64,000 nucleotides of DNA from Planctomycetota bacterium (GCA_965223265.1 OZ244999.1:6368001-6432000), one strand, 5' to 3'; shown: positions 37,589 to 47,675, numbered from the stretch's first letter. The notes: generated from the sequence alone by a model not told the origin. Numbers and translations are program-made.

Positions 37589-39709
37589 ATGAAGCTCTCC
37601 ACGAACGACCCCCTACCCCTGGCGCGGCAGCGACAACTGACACGCTTTCGCGCGCTGACCCACCTCCTGGTGTGGATGTTCACCGTCGGGGCCCTGCCTA
37701 CGGCGCTGGCCCACGTCCCGGCCTACGGCATTGGTACGCTGTCCAATGTCGTCTTTGGTTCCGATCGCGTGCGCTTGACGTTCGATTTGAGCTACGACAA
37801 CACGTGGGCGCAGGCGGAGATGATCGCCATGGACGAGAACCGCGATAGCACCGTCGACGACGACGAAGCCGACATCTACCTCGAGGAACGTTGGAAAAAC
37901 AAAATCCTGCCCCACATCGGCGCCCGCATCGATGGGCGCGACGTGGAAATCCAGCTCGTCGATTCTGCGCACGAGAACCTCGTCGGTGAGATTATGGGGA
38001 TCACATTCAGTCTCTACTACGAGCTCGAGATCCCCTATCCAAAAGGTGAAGTCGAACTTGGCGAGTGGCACGTTTTCGAGTTCCGCGACACAGTAACGAA
38101 GGAGGACTCGGAAGCTAAGCCGCAGTACCTCGTCCCCTACGGCGCAGAAGAGATCCAATCCAAAGACAGGCGATTGAAGCTTCGATTTCCCGAGCCGCAG
38201 GTACCGGCCATGGGAGAGAACCTATACCACCTGCAATCCGAGACGCTGATCGCGGAGTTTCGATTCGACCTCGCCACGTCGCCGGCGGCCGCCGTGGGCG
38301 CAAACGAGCCAGCCGTCGCGACGAAGCCGCCGCCGGGAGAGAACGACGCAGGAGCGACAGATGGTGCGGATCGACCGCGATCCGTGGGGATCAACGACAC
38401 GGCGGAGTCGCGTCGACTCGAGGAGGCCATTCTTCGCGATGACCTGACGCTGGTCGCGAAGCTTCTTCTCGTCCTCCTCGCGATCACGTGGGGTGCCGGG
38501 CATGCACTGACGCCGGGACATGGTAAGTCCATGGTCGCGGCCTACTTGATCGGAACGCGAGGCCGCATCCGCGACGCGGTCATTCTCGGCACCGTGACCA
38601 CGTTGACGCACACCGGCAGCGTGTTTCTCTTTGGCGGGATCATCTACCTTTTGCTGCACTTCACAACGGAGTCCTCAGGGCGCTATCAGAACTGGGTGAT
38701 CGTCGGTACGCAGCTCTTTTCCGGTCTTCTGCTGGCGCTGTTCGGCTTCTTTCTCTTCTCGCGGCGCGTGCGCGGTGTCGAGCCATTCCACAGTCACGAT
38801 CACGGGCACGGCCATAGCCACACGCATGGCCATGGGCACTCTCACGGCCATGGGCATTCTCACCGGCATGAGCATTCCGAACAGCAGCGTCATGAGCATT
38901 CCCATGGGCACACCGAGCGCGATCACGATCGGCGCCACAGCCACTCCCACGGGCATGCGCATAGCCACGAACATGAACACGGACACGGACACGGGCACGG
39001 CCACGGGCACTCCGGCGACCACGATCGGGATCAGGGGCACAGCCACTCTCACCCCCACGGGCATAGTCACGAACACGGGCACACCCACGGTGGCCATCCC
39101 AACGCAGCGGATTCAGGCTCCTCGCACGCTCACGAGGATCAACTCAGCGACGCCGCGGTCAACCCAGGCGACGGATCTGAACATCTCGAGCATCGGAGCC
39201 ACTCTCATTCCGATCCAGCGGCGAGTGCAAACCCGGAGCCGCGGCGAGGACTCCTGCGCGGCGGAGCACCGCGCCTCTGGGACCTTATCGCCCTCGGCTT
39301 CTCCGGCGGACTGGTACCGTGTCCCGCCGGGCTTACGGTGATCATCATCGGACTACAGTACCAACACAAACTGGCCTTCGCACTCTTCCTATTGGTTTTC
39401 TTCAGCATCGGATTGGGTGCGGTGTTGATCGCCATCGGTGTCGTCCTGATCACCGGTAAGGCTCTCGTCAGCGCCCGCTCGACGGGTGATGGGTTCTTTC
39501 AGGAATTGAAACCTCTACGCGTCGTATTCCCTCGCTCCCTTCTCGCCGCCCTCGATGCCGCGGCAGGCAAGGCGCTCAAGGTGATGCCGGCCGCGTCTGC
39601 GCTCTTCATCACGGGACTGGGTGTTTTCTTTGTGGTCCGGACCGTGCGAGTCGGCTCGTTCGAGTTGCGCGGCATGTGGACAGCCCTCAGTGAGTGGTGG
39701 AGCGCCTAG
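37589..39709 (+). CDS. RcnA/NiCoT-like nickel/cobalt transporter with N-terminal periplasmic domain and very long His-rich loop
   Basis: GAGHALTPGHGKS, TLTHT, GGLVPCPAG; multiple TM helices; His-rich insert; N-terminal ALA|H with an EF-hand-like DENRDSTVD motif. Confidence 0.85.
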   Translation: MKLSTNDPLPLARQRQLTRFRALTHLLVWMFTVGALPTALAHVPAYGIGTLSNVVFGSDRVRLTFDLSYDNTWAQAEMIAMDENRDSTVDDDEADIYLEERWKNKILPHIGARIDGRDVEIQLVDSAHENLVGEIMGITFSLYYELEIPYPKGEVELGEWHVFEFRDTVTKEDSEAKPQYLVPYGAEEIQSKDRRLKLRFPEPQVPAMGENLYHLQSETLIAEFRFDLATSPAAAVGANEPAVATKPPPGENDAGATDGADRPRSVGINDTAESRRLEEAILRDDLTLVAKLLLVLLAITWGAGHALTPGHGKSMVAAYLIGTRGRIRDAVILGTVTTLTHTGSVFLFGGIIYLLLHFTTESSGRYQNWVIVGTQLFSGLLLALFGFFLFSRRVRGVEPFHSHDHGHGHSHTHGHGHSHGHGHSHRHEHSEQQRHEHSHGHTERDHDRRHSHSHGHAHSHEHEHGHGHGHGHGHSGDHDRDQGHSHSHPHGHSHEHGHTHGGHPNAADSGSSHAHEDQLSDAAVNPGDGSEHLEHRSHSHSDPAASANPEPRRGLLRGGAPRLWDLIALGFSGGLVPCPAGLTVIIIGLQYQHKLAFALFLLVFFSIGLGAVLIAIGVVLITGKALVSARSTGDGFFQELKPLRVVFPRSLLAALDAAAGKALKVMPAASALFITGLGVFFVVRTVRVGSFELRGMWTALSEWWSA

Positions 39710-40221
39710 AGACCCTGCTGGCCGAAGGTGGCCATCTCCCGTCCGCCTCGAAAGCAGATCTCGTCCTCTGGCCCCGCTGCCGCAGGGCTGCAGGACGGCG
39801 TTCGTGGCATCGCAACGCTGCGGCACCCTGGCTCGGCGCAAATCCAAACTGACGCTAGCCGCCGGGCCGCGGAGGGGTAGCAATCTGTGGGCCATTCCCG
39901 GAATTTCGATAAAGATCCCCGTCATCTCGAACCGATAGTCTGGGTATCAACGTCCGGGAATCCGAGCGAAAGACAGCGGTCAGCAACTCGCTCCTGGATA
40001 CGACGCCGCAAGTTCTGGAGAACGCTCCGGGCGCCGGCAGCCGCGGTACGGTTCGTTGGCTCGGAAGAGCTCGCCCAGAGCCGAAAAAGACTTCGGCACG
40101 AAGACCAATCCAGTGCCTCACGGGCCATCTGAGCTGAACCTATTCGGCCCCAAACGGCATTTCACGTTCGAAACAGGTGTCGCCGCCGTTGGACGGGAAG
40201 AGCGGACCTCAGGGAGTCAGT

Positions 40222-40425
40222 ATGGAATCGGTGGAAAAATCAACAGACACGTTGTTCGTCGTTAAGGAGGAGCAGGAGTACTGCTTTCTCTACGACCGCG
40301 ACGACCCCATCGACCTGTACCGCGCCCTCTTCCGATGCGCGGATGGGGAGGACTCGGGTCTAAGTCGTGAGGAAGTGTTCGAAGTCATAGAAGGAATTGT
40401 TCCAGAACGTTTGCGCTCGATCTAG
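40222..40425 (+). CDS. Small hypothetical protein upstream of xerC
   Basis: GGGAG RBS; 67 aa (VVKEEQEYCFLYD). From memory it resembles a small planctomycete protein family; not verified. Confidence 0.6.
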   Translation: MESVEKSTDTLFVVKEEQEYCFLYDRDDPIDLYRALFRCADGEDSGLSREEVFEVIEGIVPERLRSI

Positions 40426-40480
40426 GCGGCAGAGGCCGGTCTGATCAAGGTGCGACGGTTAACTCTTTTGCTGGGAAGTA

Positions 40481-41608
40481 GTGAAGATGGACGAGAAGCT
40501 TGAAGCTACGACACAAGATGGCCGCGTCGATCCTGAGGCGCAGGTCACAGCACAGATCGAAACCGAACAGATCGGGCCGAGTGGGTCTCCGGATCTACCA
40601 GAGCCCGCTGACACGCTAGACGCCGCAGCGGCGGAAGCCCCCCAGGGAAACTCCGGCGTCGACGAGAATGCCGAGAACGCACCGGCACCGACCGACAGCG
40701 AGCCGGCTGGCGACGCCGATCTAGCGACGGTGTTTATCCACTACCTGCGCTATGAGCGAAACATGTCGCCCGAGACGATCCGGGCTTACGAGAAGGACCT
40801 TCACCAGTTCCTCCGGTTCTTCTCGAAGAAGGTAGAAGGTGAACTCAATCCGGCCGAGATCTCGTCGCTACAGATTCGAGAGTACCTCGGCTACCTAAAG
40901 GAAAAGAACTACCAGAAGACGACCGTCGTCCGCAAACTGGCGACGATCCGAAGCTTCTACAAGTGCCTGTTGCGTAAGGGCCACGTCAGCGCGAATCCAC
41001 TCGCCGACATTCCGACACCAAAGGTGGAGAAGAAAGTGCCACACTTCCTCACCACCGAGGAAGTCGAGAAGCTACTGAATTCGCCGGAAGGCAACAGCTT
41101 CCAGGCAGTCCGCGACCGAGCCATTCTCGAGACGCTTTACTCAACCGGACTCCGCGTCAGCGAGCTGACGGCCCTCAACGTCTCAGACATCGATCTGACG
41201 AGTGAAGTGATCAAGGCGCGCGGCAAAGGCAATCGTGATCGGATCGTCCCTCTGGGCAGCTTCGCGCTGCAGGCGATCAAGCGCTACCAAGAGACGCGCG
41301 CACAGGTACCGAACATCAACGAGCAGGACCCCGATGCCCTGTTCCTCAATCGCTTCGGTGATCGACTCTCGTCGCGCAGCATTCGCAAGATCATCGACAA
41401 GTACATCAAGATCACAGGACTTAGCGAAAAAACGTCGCCACACACATTGCGACACAGCTTCGCGACCCATCTCTTGAATCGCGGTGCAAATCTGCGCACG
41501 GTCCAGGAACTCCTTGGTCACAAGCACCTGTCGACGACGCAGATCTACACGCATGTGTCGACGGACAACGTCAAGGAAGCCTACGAAGAGGCTCAACCGC
41601 GACAGTAA
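40481..41608 (+). CDS. xerC: Tyrosine recombinase XerC
   Basis: SPETIRAYEKDL, RDRAILETLYSTGLRVSEL, GKG, SPHTLRHSFATHLL, QELLGH, TTQIYTHV; acidic N-terminal extension. Confidence 0.85.
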   Translation: MKMDEKLEATTQDGRVDPEAQVTAQIETEQIGPSGSPDLPEPADTLDAAAAEAPQGNSGVDENAENAPAPTDSEPAGDADLATVFIHYLRYERNMSPETIRAYEKDLHQFLRFFSKKVEGELNPAEISSLQIREYLGYLKEKNYQKTTVVRKLATIRSFYKCLLRKGHVSANPLADIPTPKVEKKVPHFLTTEEVEKLLNSPEGNSFQAVRDRAILETLYSTGLRVSELTALNVSDIDLTSEVIKARGKGNRDRIVPLGSFALQAIKRYQETRAQVPNINEQDPDALFLNRFGDRLSSRSIRKIIDKYIKITGLSEKTSPHTLRHSFATHLLNRGANLRTVQELLGHKHLSTTQIYTHVSTDNVKEAYEEAQPRQ

Positions 41609-41640
41609 GCAAGACACCCCTCCCCCCCGTCAGGGCGAAG

Positions 41641-41686
41641 GAGCGCCGGACCGGAGCTGAGGCTCTGGGACGGCGCTCTTTTTTTT
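41641..41686 (+). terminator. Rho-independent terminator after xerC
   Basis: GAGCGCCG...CGGCGCTC stem followed by T8. Confidence 0.8.
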
Positions 41687-41801
41687 GCCGCTGCACGGTC
41701 GACCGCACACAGTGACGTTTTTTTCGTGACGCATGACGCGACTCGACCTACATTGGATTTTGCGGCATCGGTCGAAATCGTCTTGGGGAAGGAGGTTAGT
41801 C

Positions 41802-42770
41802 GTGACGCGAGTCATCGCTACCGGTCTGTTTGTCAATGCAGCACTCTTATTGATTTTCATTGTCCGCCAGCCAACTCCCATTGCCTCGGCCGGCACGGCG
41901 TTGCCGTCGGACGATTGCGCCGACCTCAACGACGACGGCACCGTCGACGTGAGCGACGCGGTCTTCCTGCTCAACTGGCTGTTCGCAGACGGCTCCCCCC
42001 CGCTCTGTAAGCCCGCGATCGAAGGGTTTGTCCTTTTGGGCGACAACGCCGAAGGCTTTCCTGAGTATCTCCACCAGGAGACTGGCATGGAGTTCGTCTT
42101 TGTGCCCGGCGGAAGTTTTTTGATGGGGGCCCAATTCGAAGATCCAAACGGCGACAACTACGACCCTGCGGCGCTCTCTGCAGGAATCATCGATGAGGGG
42201 CCGGTCCACGAAGTCACGCTCAATCCATTCCTCATGTCAAAATTCGAGGTCACTCAAGATCAGTGGCTGCAAGTCGTCGGAGACAACCCATCCGTTTTTC
42301 CCGGCGCCGATCAGCCGGTCGATTCCATCTCCTGGGACCAGATTCAATTGTTTGAGGAGCGGACGGGATTCGCCTTGCCGTCAGAGGCACAGTGGGAGTA
42401 CGCCTGTCGCTCTGGTACATCGACCCCCATTGCCGGCACCGGCGTCTTGGACGACATGGGCTGGTTCGCGTCGAACGCCGAGCTCGCCCCTCATCCGGTG
42501 GGCGAGAAGCTTCCCAACCAGTTCGGAATTCATGACATGCACGGCAACGTTAAGGAATGGGTGGAAGACTCATTCGTCGACGACTTCTACGCTTCTCCTG
42601 AAGGTGCTGGCCCAGACCCGGTCGCCAGCGGCCCATCATTGACACGCGGCGTCCGCGGCGGCTGCTGGGCAGACATCGAAGAGAACTGCCGGGCGTCGCA
42701 GCGGATCTTCATTCCCTCAAGCGGGCAGGATTCATGCGTCGGCTTTCGGGTCGTTGCGAGAATCCGTTGA
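41802..42770 (+). CDS. FGE-sulfatase (SUMF1-like) domain protein with N-terminal dockerin-like EF-hand
   Basis: AAGGAGGT RBS before GTG; ADLNDDGTVDVSDAVFLLNWLF; FVPGGSFLMG, LPSEAQWEYACR, DMHGNVKEW, RGGCW, GFRV. Confidence 0.87.
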   Translation: MTRVIATGLFVNAALLLIFIVRQPTPIASAGTALPSDDCADLNDDGTVDVSDAVFLLNWLFADGSPPLCKPAIEGFVLLGDNAEGFPEYLHQETGMEFVFVPGGSFLMGAQFEDPNGDNYDPAALSAGIIDEGPVHEVTLNPFLMSKFEVTQDQWLQVVGDNPSVFPGADQPVDSISWDQIQLFEERTGFALPSEAQWEYACRSGTSTPIAGTGVLDDMGWFASNAELAPHPVGEKLPNQFGIHDMHGNVKEWVEDSFVDDFYASPEGAGPDPVASGPSLTRGVRGGCWADIEENCRASQRIFIPSSGQDSCVGFRVVARIR

Positions 42771-42809
42771 GCAAAACATGTCACCTCCAACCGACCGGAA
42801 CCTGATCCC

Positions 42810-44102
42810 ATGCGTTTTCTCATTTCAACGGCTTCGCTCCTGGTAATGGTTCACTCCACCACTTCGCTCGAGGCGCAGAAATTCGAGCCTAACTACGACG
42901 AAAGCAAGATCCCTGCGTACCGCTTGCCTGAACTCCTGGTGACAGCAGACGGAGCCAAAGTCGACAGCGCTGATGCTTGGTTCAATCGCCGCCGACAGGA
43001 GGTCCTCCGGCTCTTTGAAACGCACATCTATGGACGAGCGCCCGGCCGTCCATTTCGCATGACGTTTCGTGAAAGGGACGTGAGACGAGATGCTTTGGGA
43101 GGTCGAGCGACCCGCAAGCAAGTCGCAATCGACGTGCACGGCAACGGCCACGCGACGACGCTCAACCTACTGCTCTATGTTCCCAACGCTGCGCAACCGG
43201 CGCCGGTCTTTCTCGGACTCAACTTTCGCGGCAATCACACCGTCCACACTGATCCGGAAATCTTCTCGCCCATTGTGTTTGAGTCGAGTGGTCGCGGCCG
43301 TGAACTGGAGCCCCGTTTGGGTGACGACGAGGCGCGCGGATCGAACGCCAGCCGCTGGCCGGTGGAGCTCATCGTCGAGCGCGGCTACGCTCTGGCCACG
43401 ATGTACTACGGTGACATCGATCCGGACTTCGACGACGGATTTCGTAACGGTGTGCATCCACTCTTCTACAACCGCGGCCAGACGCAACCGGCGCCCGACG
43501 AGTGGGGAGCCATCGCGGCCTGGGCTTGGGGTCTTCGGCGAGCGGCAGATTATCTCGCATCTGATCCCGACATCGACGGCACTCGCATGGCACTTCTAGG
43601 CCACTCTCGTCTCGGCAAGACGGCGCTCTGGGCGGGCGCGCAAGACGAGAGATTCGGGATCGTGATTTCAAACAATTCCGGCTGCGGTGGTGCGGCACTG
43701 AGTCGGCGTCGTTTCGGCGAAACGGTTGGACGCATCAACACAGTGTTCCCCCACTGGTTCTGTGCCAACTTCAAACACTTCAACGAGCGCGAGGACGAGC
43801 TGCCGATCGACCAGCACATGCTCATCGCACTGATTGCCCCGCGCCGCGCTTACGTTGCCAGCGCCGTCGAAGATCGCTGGGCCGACCCGCATGGAGAATT
43901 CCTCGCGGCGCAGCACGCGGAGCCGGTCTATCGTCTCCTTGGTCACGGCTCGGTGAATAGCGCTGAGCAGCCTCCCGTGGATCAGCCCGTTGGCGACTTT
44001 GTTGGCTACCATGTGCGCAGTGGCAAGCACGATGTAACGCGATTCGACTGGGAGCGCTACCTCGACTTCGCCGATCGACATTTCGGGGGCGCTGCGAAGT
44101 GA
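42810..44102 (+). CDS. CE15-like glucuronoyl/acetylxylan esterase (alpha/beta hydrolase)
   Basis: NYDESKIP, GAIAAWAWG, GHSRLGKTALWAGA, SGCGGAAL, DQHMLIALIAPR. Confidence 0.88.
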   Translation: MRFLISTASLLVMVHSTTSLEAQKFEPNYDESKIPAYRLPELLVTADGAKVDSADAWFNRRRQEVLRLFETHIYGRAPGRPFRMTFRERDVRRDALGGRATRKQVAIDVHGNGHATTLNLLLYVPNAAQPAPVFLGLNFRGNHTVHTDPEIFSPIVFESSGRGRELEPRLGDDEARGSNASRWPVELIVERGYALATMYYGDIDPDFDDGFRNGVHPLFYNRGQTQPAPDEWGAIAAWAWGLRRAADYLASDPDIDGTRMALLGHSRLGKTALWAGAQDERFGIVISNNSGCGGAALSRRRFGETVGRINTVFPHWFCANFKHFNEREDELPIDQHMLIALIAPRRAYVASAVEDRWADPHGEFLAAQHAEPVYRLLGHGSVNSAEQPPVDQPVGDFVGYHVRSGKHDVTRFDWERYLDFADRHFGGAAK

Positions 44103-44162
44103 GGTCTGGCTCGAGTTCGCGGTGGATCTTGCGGTTCACGTCGCGGTGCGACAGCCGTCACG

Positions 44163-45383
44163 TCACTTGAGCGCCGCGAGAGCCGCGCCAACGCGAGCCA
44201 TGCCCTCGTCGATCGTGGCAGGCGGTACGGCGTACGCGAAACGTAGGTGCCCGGCGCGCAAAAACTCGCTTCCCGGCGTGGCGACGACATGCTGCGAGTC
44301 GAGAATGAAGCGAGCCAACTGCTTGTCGTCGGCAATCGTCTCACCTTTCGGCGTCCTGCGGCCGATGTAAGCACTCATATCCGGGAAGAAATAAAACGCG
44401 CCTCGCGGCGGGTGCCAAACCGCATCCGGCGCAGCCGTGCGAAAACGCTTCAGAAGACGATCGCGCCGGTCACACAGCGCATTGCGAATTGCGTGCCGCA
44501 GACGAAAATCGGCGTCCTGTCGCAGCAACGTCTCGTATCCTTTCTGCGTCGGCAGATTGACGCACGAGGAAGCGTTTCCCTCGACAGTGGTGAGGGTCCT
44601 CATGTGCTCGACTGGGCCAGCAACGAAACCAAGTCGGAGTCCTGTTCCCGAGACCTCCTTCGACATGCCGCCGATGACAAACGTGCGTTCGGGCAAAAGC
44701 GACGCCATGCTGGCGTACTCGACTCCGTCGTAGCGCACCGTGCGATAGACCTCGTCAGCGATGACCGCAACGTCCTCGTGGCGCCGGAGCACGCGCGCCA
44801 GCTCCTCGAGTAGCGGCCTGTCGTAGACCGCCCCGGTTGGGTTGTTCGGCGAGTTGATTACGATTGCGGCAATCGTGTCATCGTTCTGCAACAGGCTGTC
44901 GAGAGCGTTCGGGTCCGGCAAGAAGTGAGCGTCGGTCTCGAGGCGAATAGGCCCCTTTCCCGTCAGCAGCGCGGGAATGTTTTCGAACGACTCGTAACCC
45001 GGCACGAGCATCACGAGTCGGTGACGCTTCGCGGTGGGATTGAGAATCGTCAATCCGACCTTGAAGATGGCGTCCTTAGGTCCGGGGCAAACCGCTATTT
45101 GCTCGCTGGAATACGACAGGCCGAACCGATCAAGGTCGACGCGAATGGCGTCCACCAAAGCCGGATCCCCCGCCGCTGGGGAATAGTGCGTTGCGTCGGC
45201 GTCGAGCGCCGCCCGCATGCCATCCTTGACGAGTTGCGGCACAGGAATCTCTGGATTCATCTCACCGATGCCGAAGTCGAATACGACTTCGCCGCGCGCG
45301 CGCAGTTCGTCGGCGACCGCCTTGATCTCAAGTGTCGGCGACGGTTTGAGATCGCGAGCCCACTGGGAATGGCAAAGGGGCAT
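44163..45383 (-). CDS. Class I/II PLP-dependent aminotransferase (aspartate aminotransferase-like)
   Basis: INSPNNPTGAVY, DEVY, GMSK, GLRLG, GAFYFF. Confidence 0.9.
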   Translation of the reverse strand: MPLCHSQWARDLKPSPTLEIKAVADELRARGEVVFDFGIGEMNPEIPVPQLVKDGMRAALDADATHYSPAAGDPALVDAIRVDLDRFGLSYSSEQIAVCPGPKDAIFKVGLTILNPTAKRHRLVMLVPGYESFENIPALLTGKGPIRLETDAHFLPDPNALDSLLQNDDTIAAIVINSPNNPTGAVYDRPLLEELARVLRRHEDVAVIADEVYRTVRYDGVEYASMASLLPERTFVIGGMSKEVSGTGLRLGFVAGPVEHMRTLTTVEGNASSCVNLPTQKGYETLLRQDADFRLRHAIRNALCDRRDRLLKRFRTAAPDAVWHPPRGAFYFFPDMSAYIGRRTPKGETIADDKQLARFILDSQHVVATPGSEFLRAGHLRFAYAVPPATIDEGMARVGAALAALK

Positions 45384-45438
45384 TAGTTCTCCTGCGTTGG
45401 TGCGTCGAAGGGCTCAAGCGACGCTGGCGGCTGCACGT

Positions 45439-46233
45439 TCATCGGAGATGCACCCCGGGACCGCTAGAGCCGATCATCTGAATGCTGTTGTAGATCGATG
45501 CGGGCGTGCTAGCTCCCGTCACGCCCGTGATCGACTCAACGCGTTCGACGTGAAGCTCGACGCCGGGACCTTTCGCATCGATCGCCACCGTAGCCGTCGA
45601 CCAATCGGGATTGACGACGAGCGTAGCGCGTGTGCGGTCGAAGCCCAAACCCGCGTATGCGATCGTCGCCAGGGTGTTAACGTTGCGCGGGAACCGCGGA
45701 CAAATCTGCCGCACCGGCCCTTCGTAGAGCACGGTCTCGCCGGTGATCGTGTCGGGATCAACGCCAGCAGCGGCGCAATCGACGTTCTTCGGCGGCTTTT
45801 TCATGGTGACGTGGACGTCGGTCCAAACTTGGCGATTTTCGAGCAGCGCGTCCATACCGACGACACCGCCGTGCGGCACATAGACCCGCGTGCCCGAGGC
45901 AAGAGCAGTCGTCCGGAGCTCCTCCTCGAGTTCACGGTCGGCTAGAGCCGTGACAGAAATCGGCATGTAGTCGGCTTCTTGAAGAAACTTTCGGCCCCAC
46001 TTGCGGCTGACGTCAGGATGCGCCATCTCAACGATCAGGTCTGCTCGGCGCGACGCAAAGTCGCCGAGGTCCTTCAAAGCCAGCTCGGACGGTAGTGCCT
46101 CGAGCCGCGAAGCATCCGCATCGTGAACGAATACGACTTCCATGCCGTTTTCGGCATCTTCGATCATCGAATGGATCACCTCGCCGATGTGCCCGTAACC
46201 GACAAGGCCAACGCGTTTCGTCTGTGTGGTCAT
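45439..46233 (-). CDS. nadX: Probable L-aspartate dehydrogenase
   Basis: VGLVGYGHIG Rossmann motif, SVTALAD, PHGGVVGMD, KPP, FPRNVN. Confidence 0.8.
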   Translation of the reverse strand: MTTQTKRVGLVGYGHIGEVIHSMIEDAENGMEVVFVHDADASRLEALPSELALKDLGDFASRRADLIVEMAHPDVSRKWGRKFLQEADYMPISVTALADRELEEELRTTALASGTRVYVPHGGVVGMDALLENRQVWTDVHVTMKKPPKNVDCAAAGVDPDTITGETVLYEGPVRQICPRFPRNVNTLATIAYAGLGFDRTRATLVVNPDWSTATVAIDAKGPGVELHVERVESITGVTGASTPASIYNSIQMIGSSGPGVHLR

Positions 46234-46770
46234 CTTGAGCTCCTTCTGATGCTCGCCGGCCGCGGTCGCAATTCAAGTGCCGCGCGGCTCGGACGCCGCG
46301 ACCTCACGGAGACCGAGCGGAACGGACTCCTCACTGTAGCATAGCCGCTGACGCGTTGCCAAAGTCTCTGTGGCGCGCGCTTTCGTTCGCTAGCGCTGGT
46401 CACGGGATGTCCATGAGCATCCGTTCGGAATCAGCTTCGGAGACGCAGAGACGGAGACAGATGCAGAGGCGGACTCCGAGCATCGGTGCGTGCTCGTACC
46501 CGGACGCCACCGAGACCGAAGCGGAGAAGGAAACAGACGCCCACTCGCCCACTCGCCCACGCCCACGCCCACTCCCACGCACTCTCACTCTCACTCGCAC
46601 ACGGAACGGGAACGCAAAGGCGCCTATGGTCCGACTGTTGTCAACGGGGGAGTTTTCTTTTCTTGCTTGTGTCTTCAATCCGACGTGACGCACACCCCAG
46701 GCAGACGCTCACGCAATCGCAATCCCGCAGGGCTTAGGAGCTCGTCTCCTTGCAACAATGGGGTCTGATT

Positions 46771-47100
46771 CCGCCTCCGCCTCTGATTCCGAATCTGTCT
46801 CTGCCTCCGCCTCTGATTCCGAATCTGTCTCTGCCTCCGCCTCTGATTCCGAATCTGTCTCTGCCTCCGCCTCTGATTCCGAATCTGTCTCTGCCTCCGC
46901 CTCTGATTCCGAATCTGTCTCTGCCTCCGCCTCTGATTCCGAATCTGTCTCTGCCTCCGCCTCTGATTCCGAATCTGTCTCTGCCTCCGCCTCTGATTCC
47001 GAATCTGTCTCTGCCTCCGCCTCTGATTCCGAATCTGTCTCTGCCTCCGCCTCTGATTCCGAATCTGTCTCTGCCTCCGCCTCTGATTCCGAATCTGTCT
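46771..47100. repeat. 30-bp tandem repeat, 11 copies
   Basis: Unit CTGCCTCCGCCTCTGATTCCGAATCTGTCT; ten identical copies plus one with a single substitution. Confidence 0.95.
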
Positions 47101-47312
47101 CCGCTTCCGCCTCGGTCTGGTCGCTGGTTGAGGGAAACCTGAGATCGCTCGTCTTCACCTTCCCTGCGCCGCGGACTCTGTGGTTCAATCTCTGTCAGAG
47201 CAAGGGATCGAAAACCACGTCAGCCGTCGCACGTTCTTTTCTTCTTCAAGATCCTTTATGTCCTCTACGGTGGGCCGCCTGCCACCATGGCTTCCTCGAA
47301 CGAGAAAGAGCT

Positions 47313-47675
47313 ATGCCGTTTATCGAAATCGATCAAGTGAGACCTCTTGAACTGCTACCTGGTTGCCGCTTGCGGACGCCGTACGGAAAGCACCTCATGT
47401 TTTCCTATCTGGAGATGGACGAGGGCGCGATCGTCCCCCTGCACTCACACCCCCACGAGCAAGGCGGCATGTTGCTTGAGGGACGGATGGAGCTAACGAT
47501 CGGCGATGAGACTCGCTGTGTCGAATCCGGCGCCATGTTCATCATTCCGCCGAATACGCCACACAAGGCCGTCGCTGTCGGGGGGCGCGCCGTCATCCTC
47601 GACGTTTTCAGTCCCGTGCGCGAAGACTACGCCGAGATGTACAACAAGTACGTTCCGACCGCCGACACCGACTGA
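47313..47675 (+). CDS. Cupin domain protein
   Basis: VPLHSHPHEQGG...LEG...IPPNTPH...LDVFSPVREDY. Confidence 0.9.
   Translation: MPFIEIDQVRPLELLPGCRLRTPYGKHLMFSYLEMDEGAIVPLHSHPHEQGGMLLEGRMELTIGDETRCVESGAMFIIPPNTPHKAVAVGGRAVILDVFSPVREDYAEMYNKYVPTADTD

Noticed and set aside
37549-37848. Leaderless ORF after TACAAT overlapping the Ni/Co transporter start
   Set aside because: Out of frame with the transporter and with an implausible product; TACAAT more likely belongs to the transporter promoter.
40481-41608. Phage or island integrase
   Set aside because: Motifs match chromosomal XerC/D, the neighbours are housekeeping genes, and no att repeats were seen.
46709-47312. Sdr-like Ser-Asp repeat protein or N-terminal extension of the cupin
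   Set aside because: The ORFs are open only because the repeat lacks stops in those frames. The units have no synonymous variation, and the cupin has its own start at 47313.
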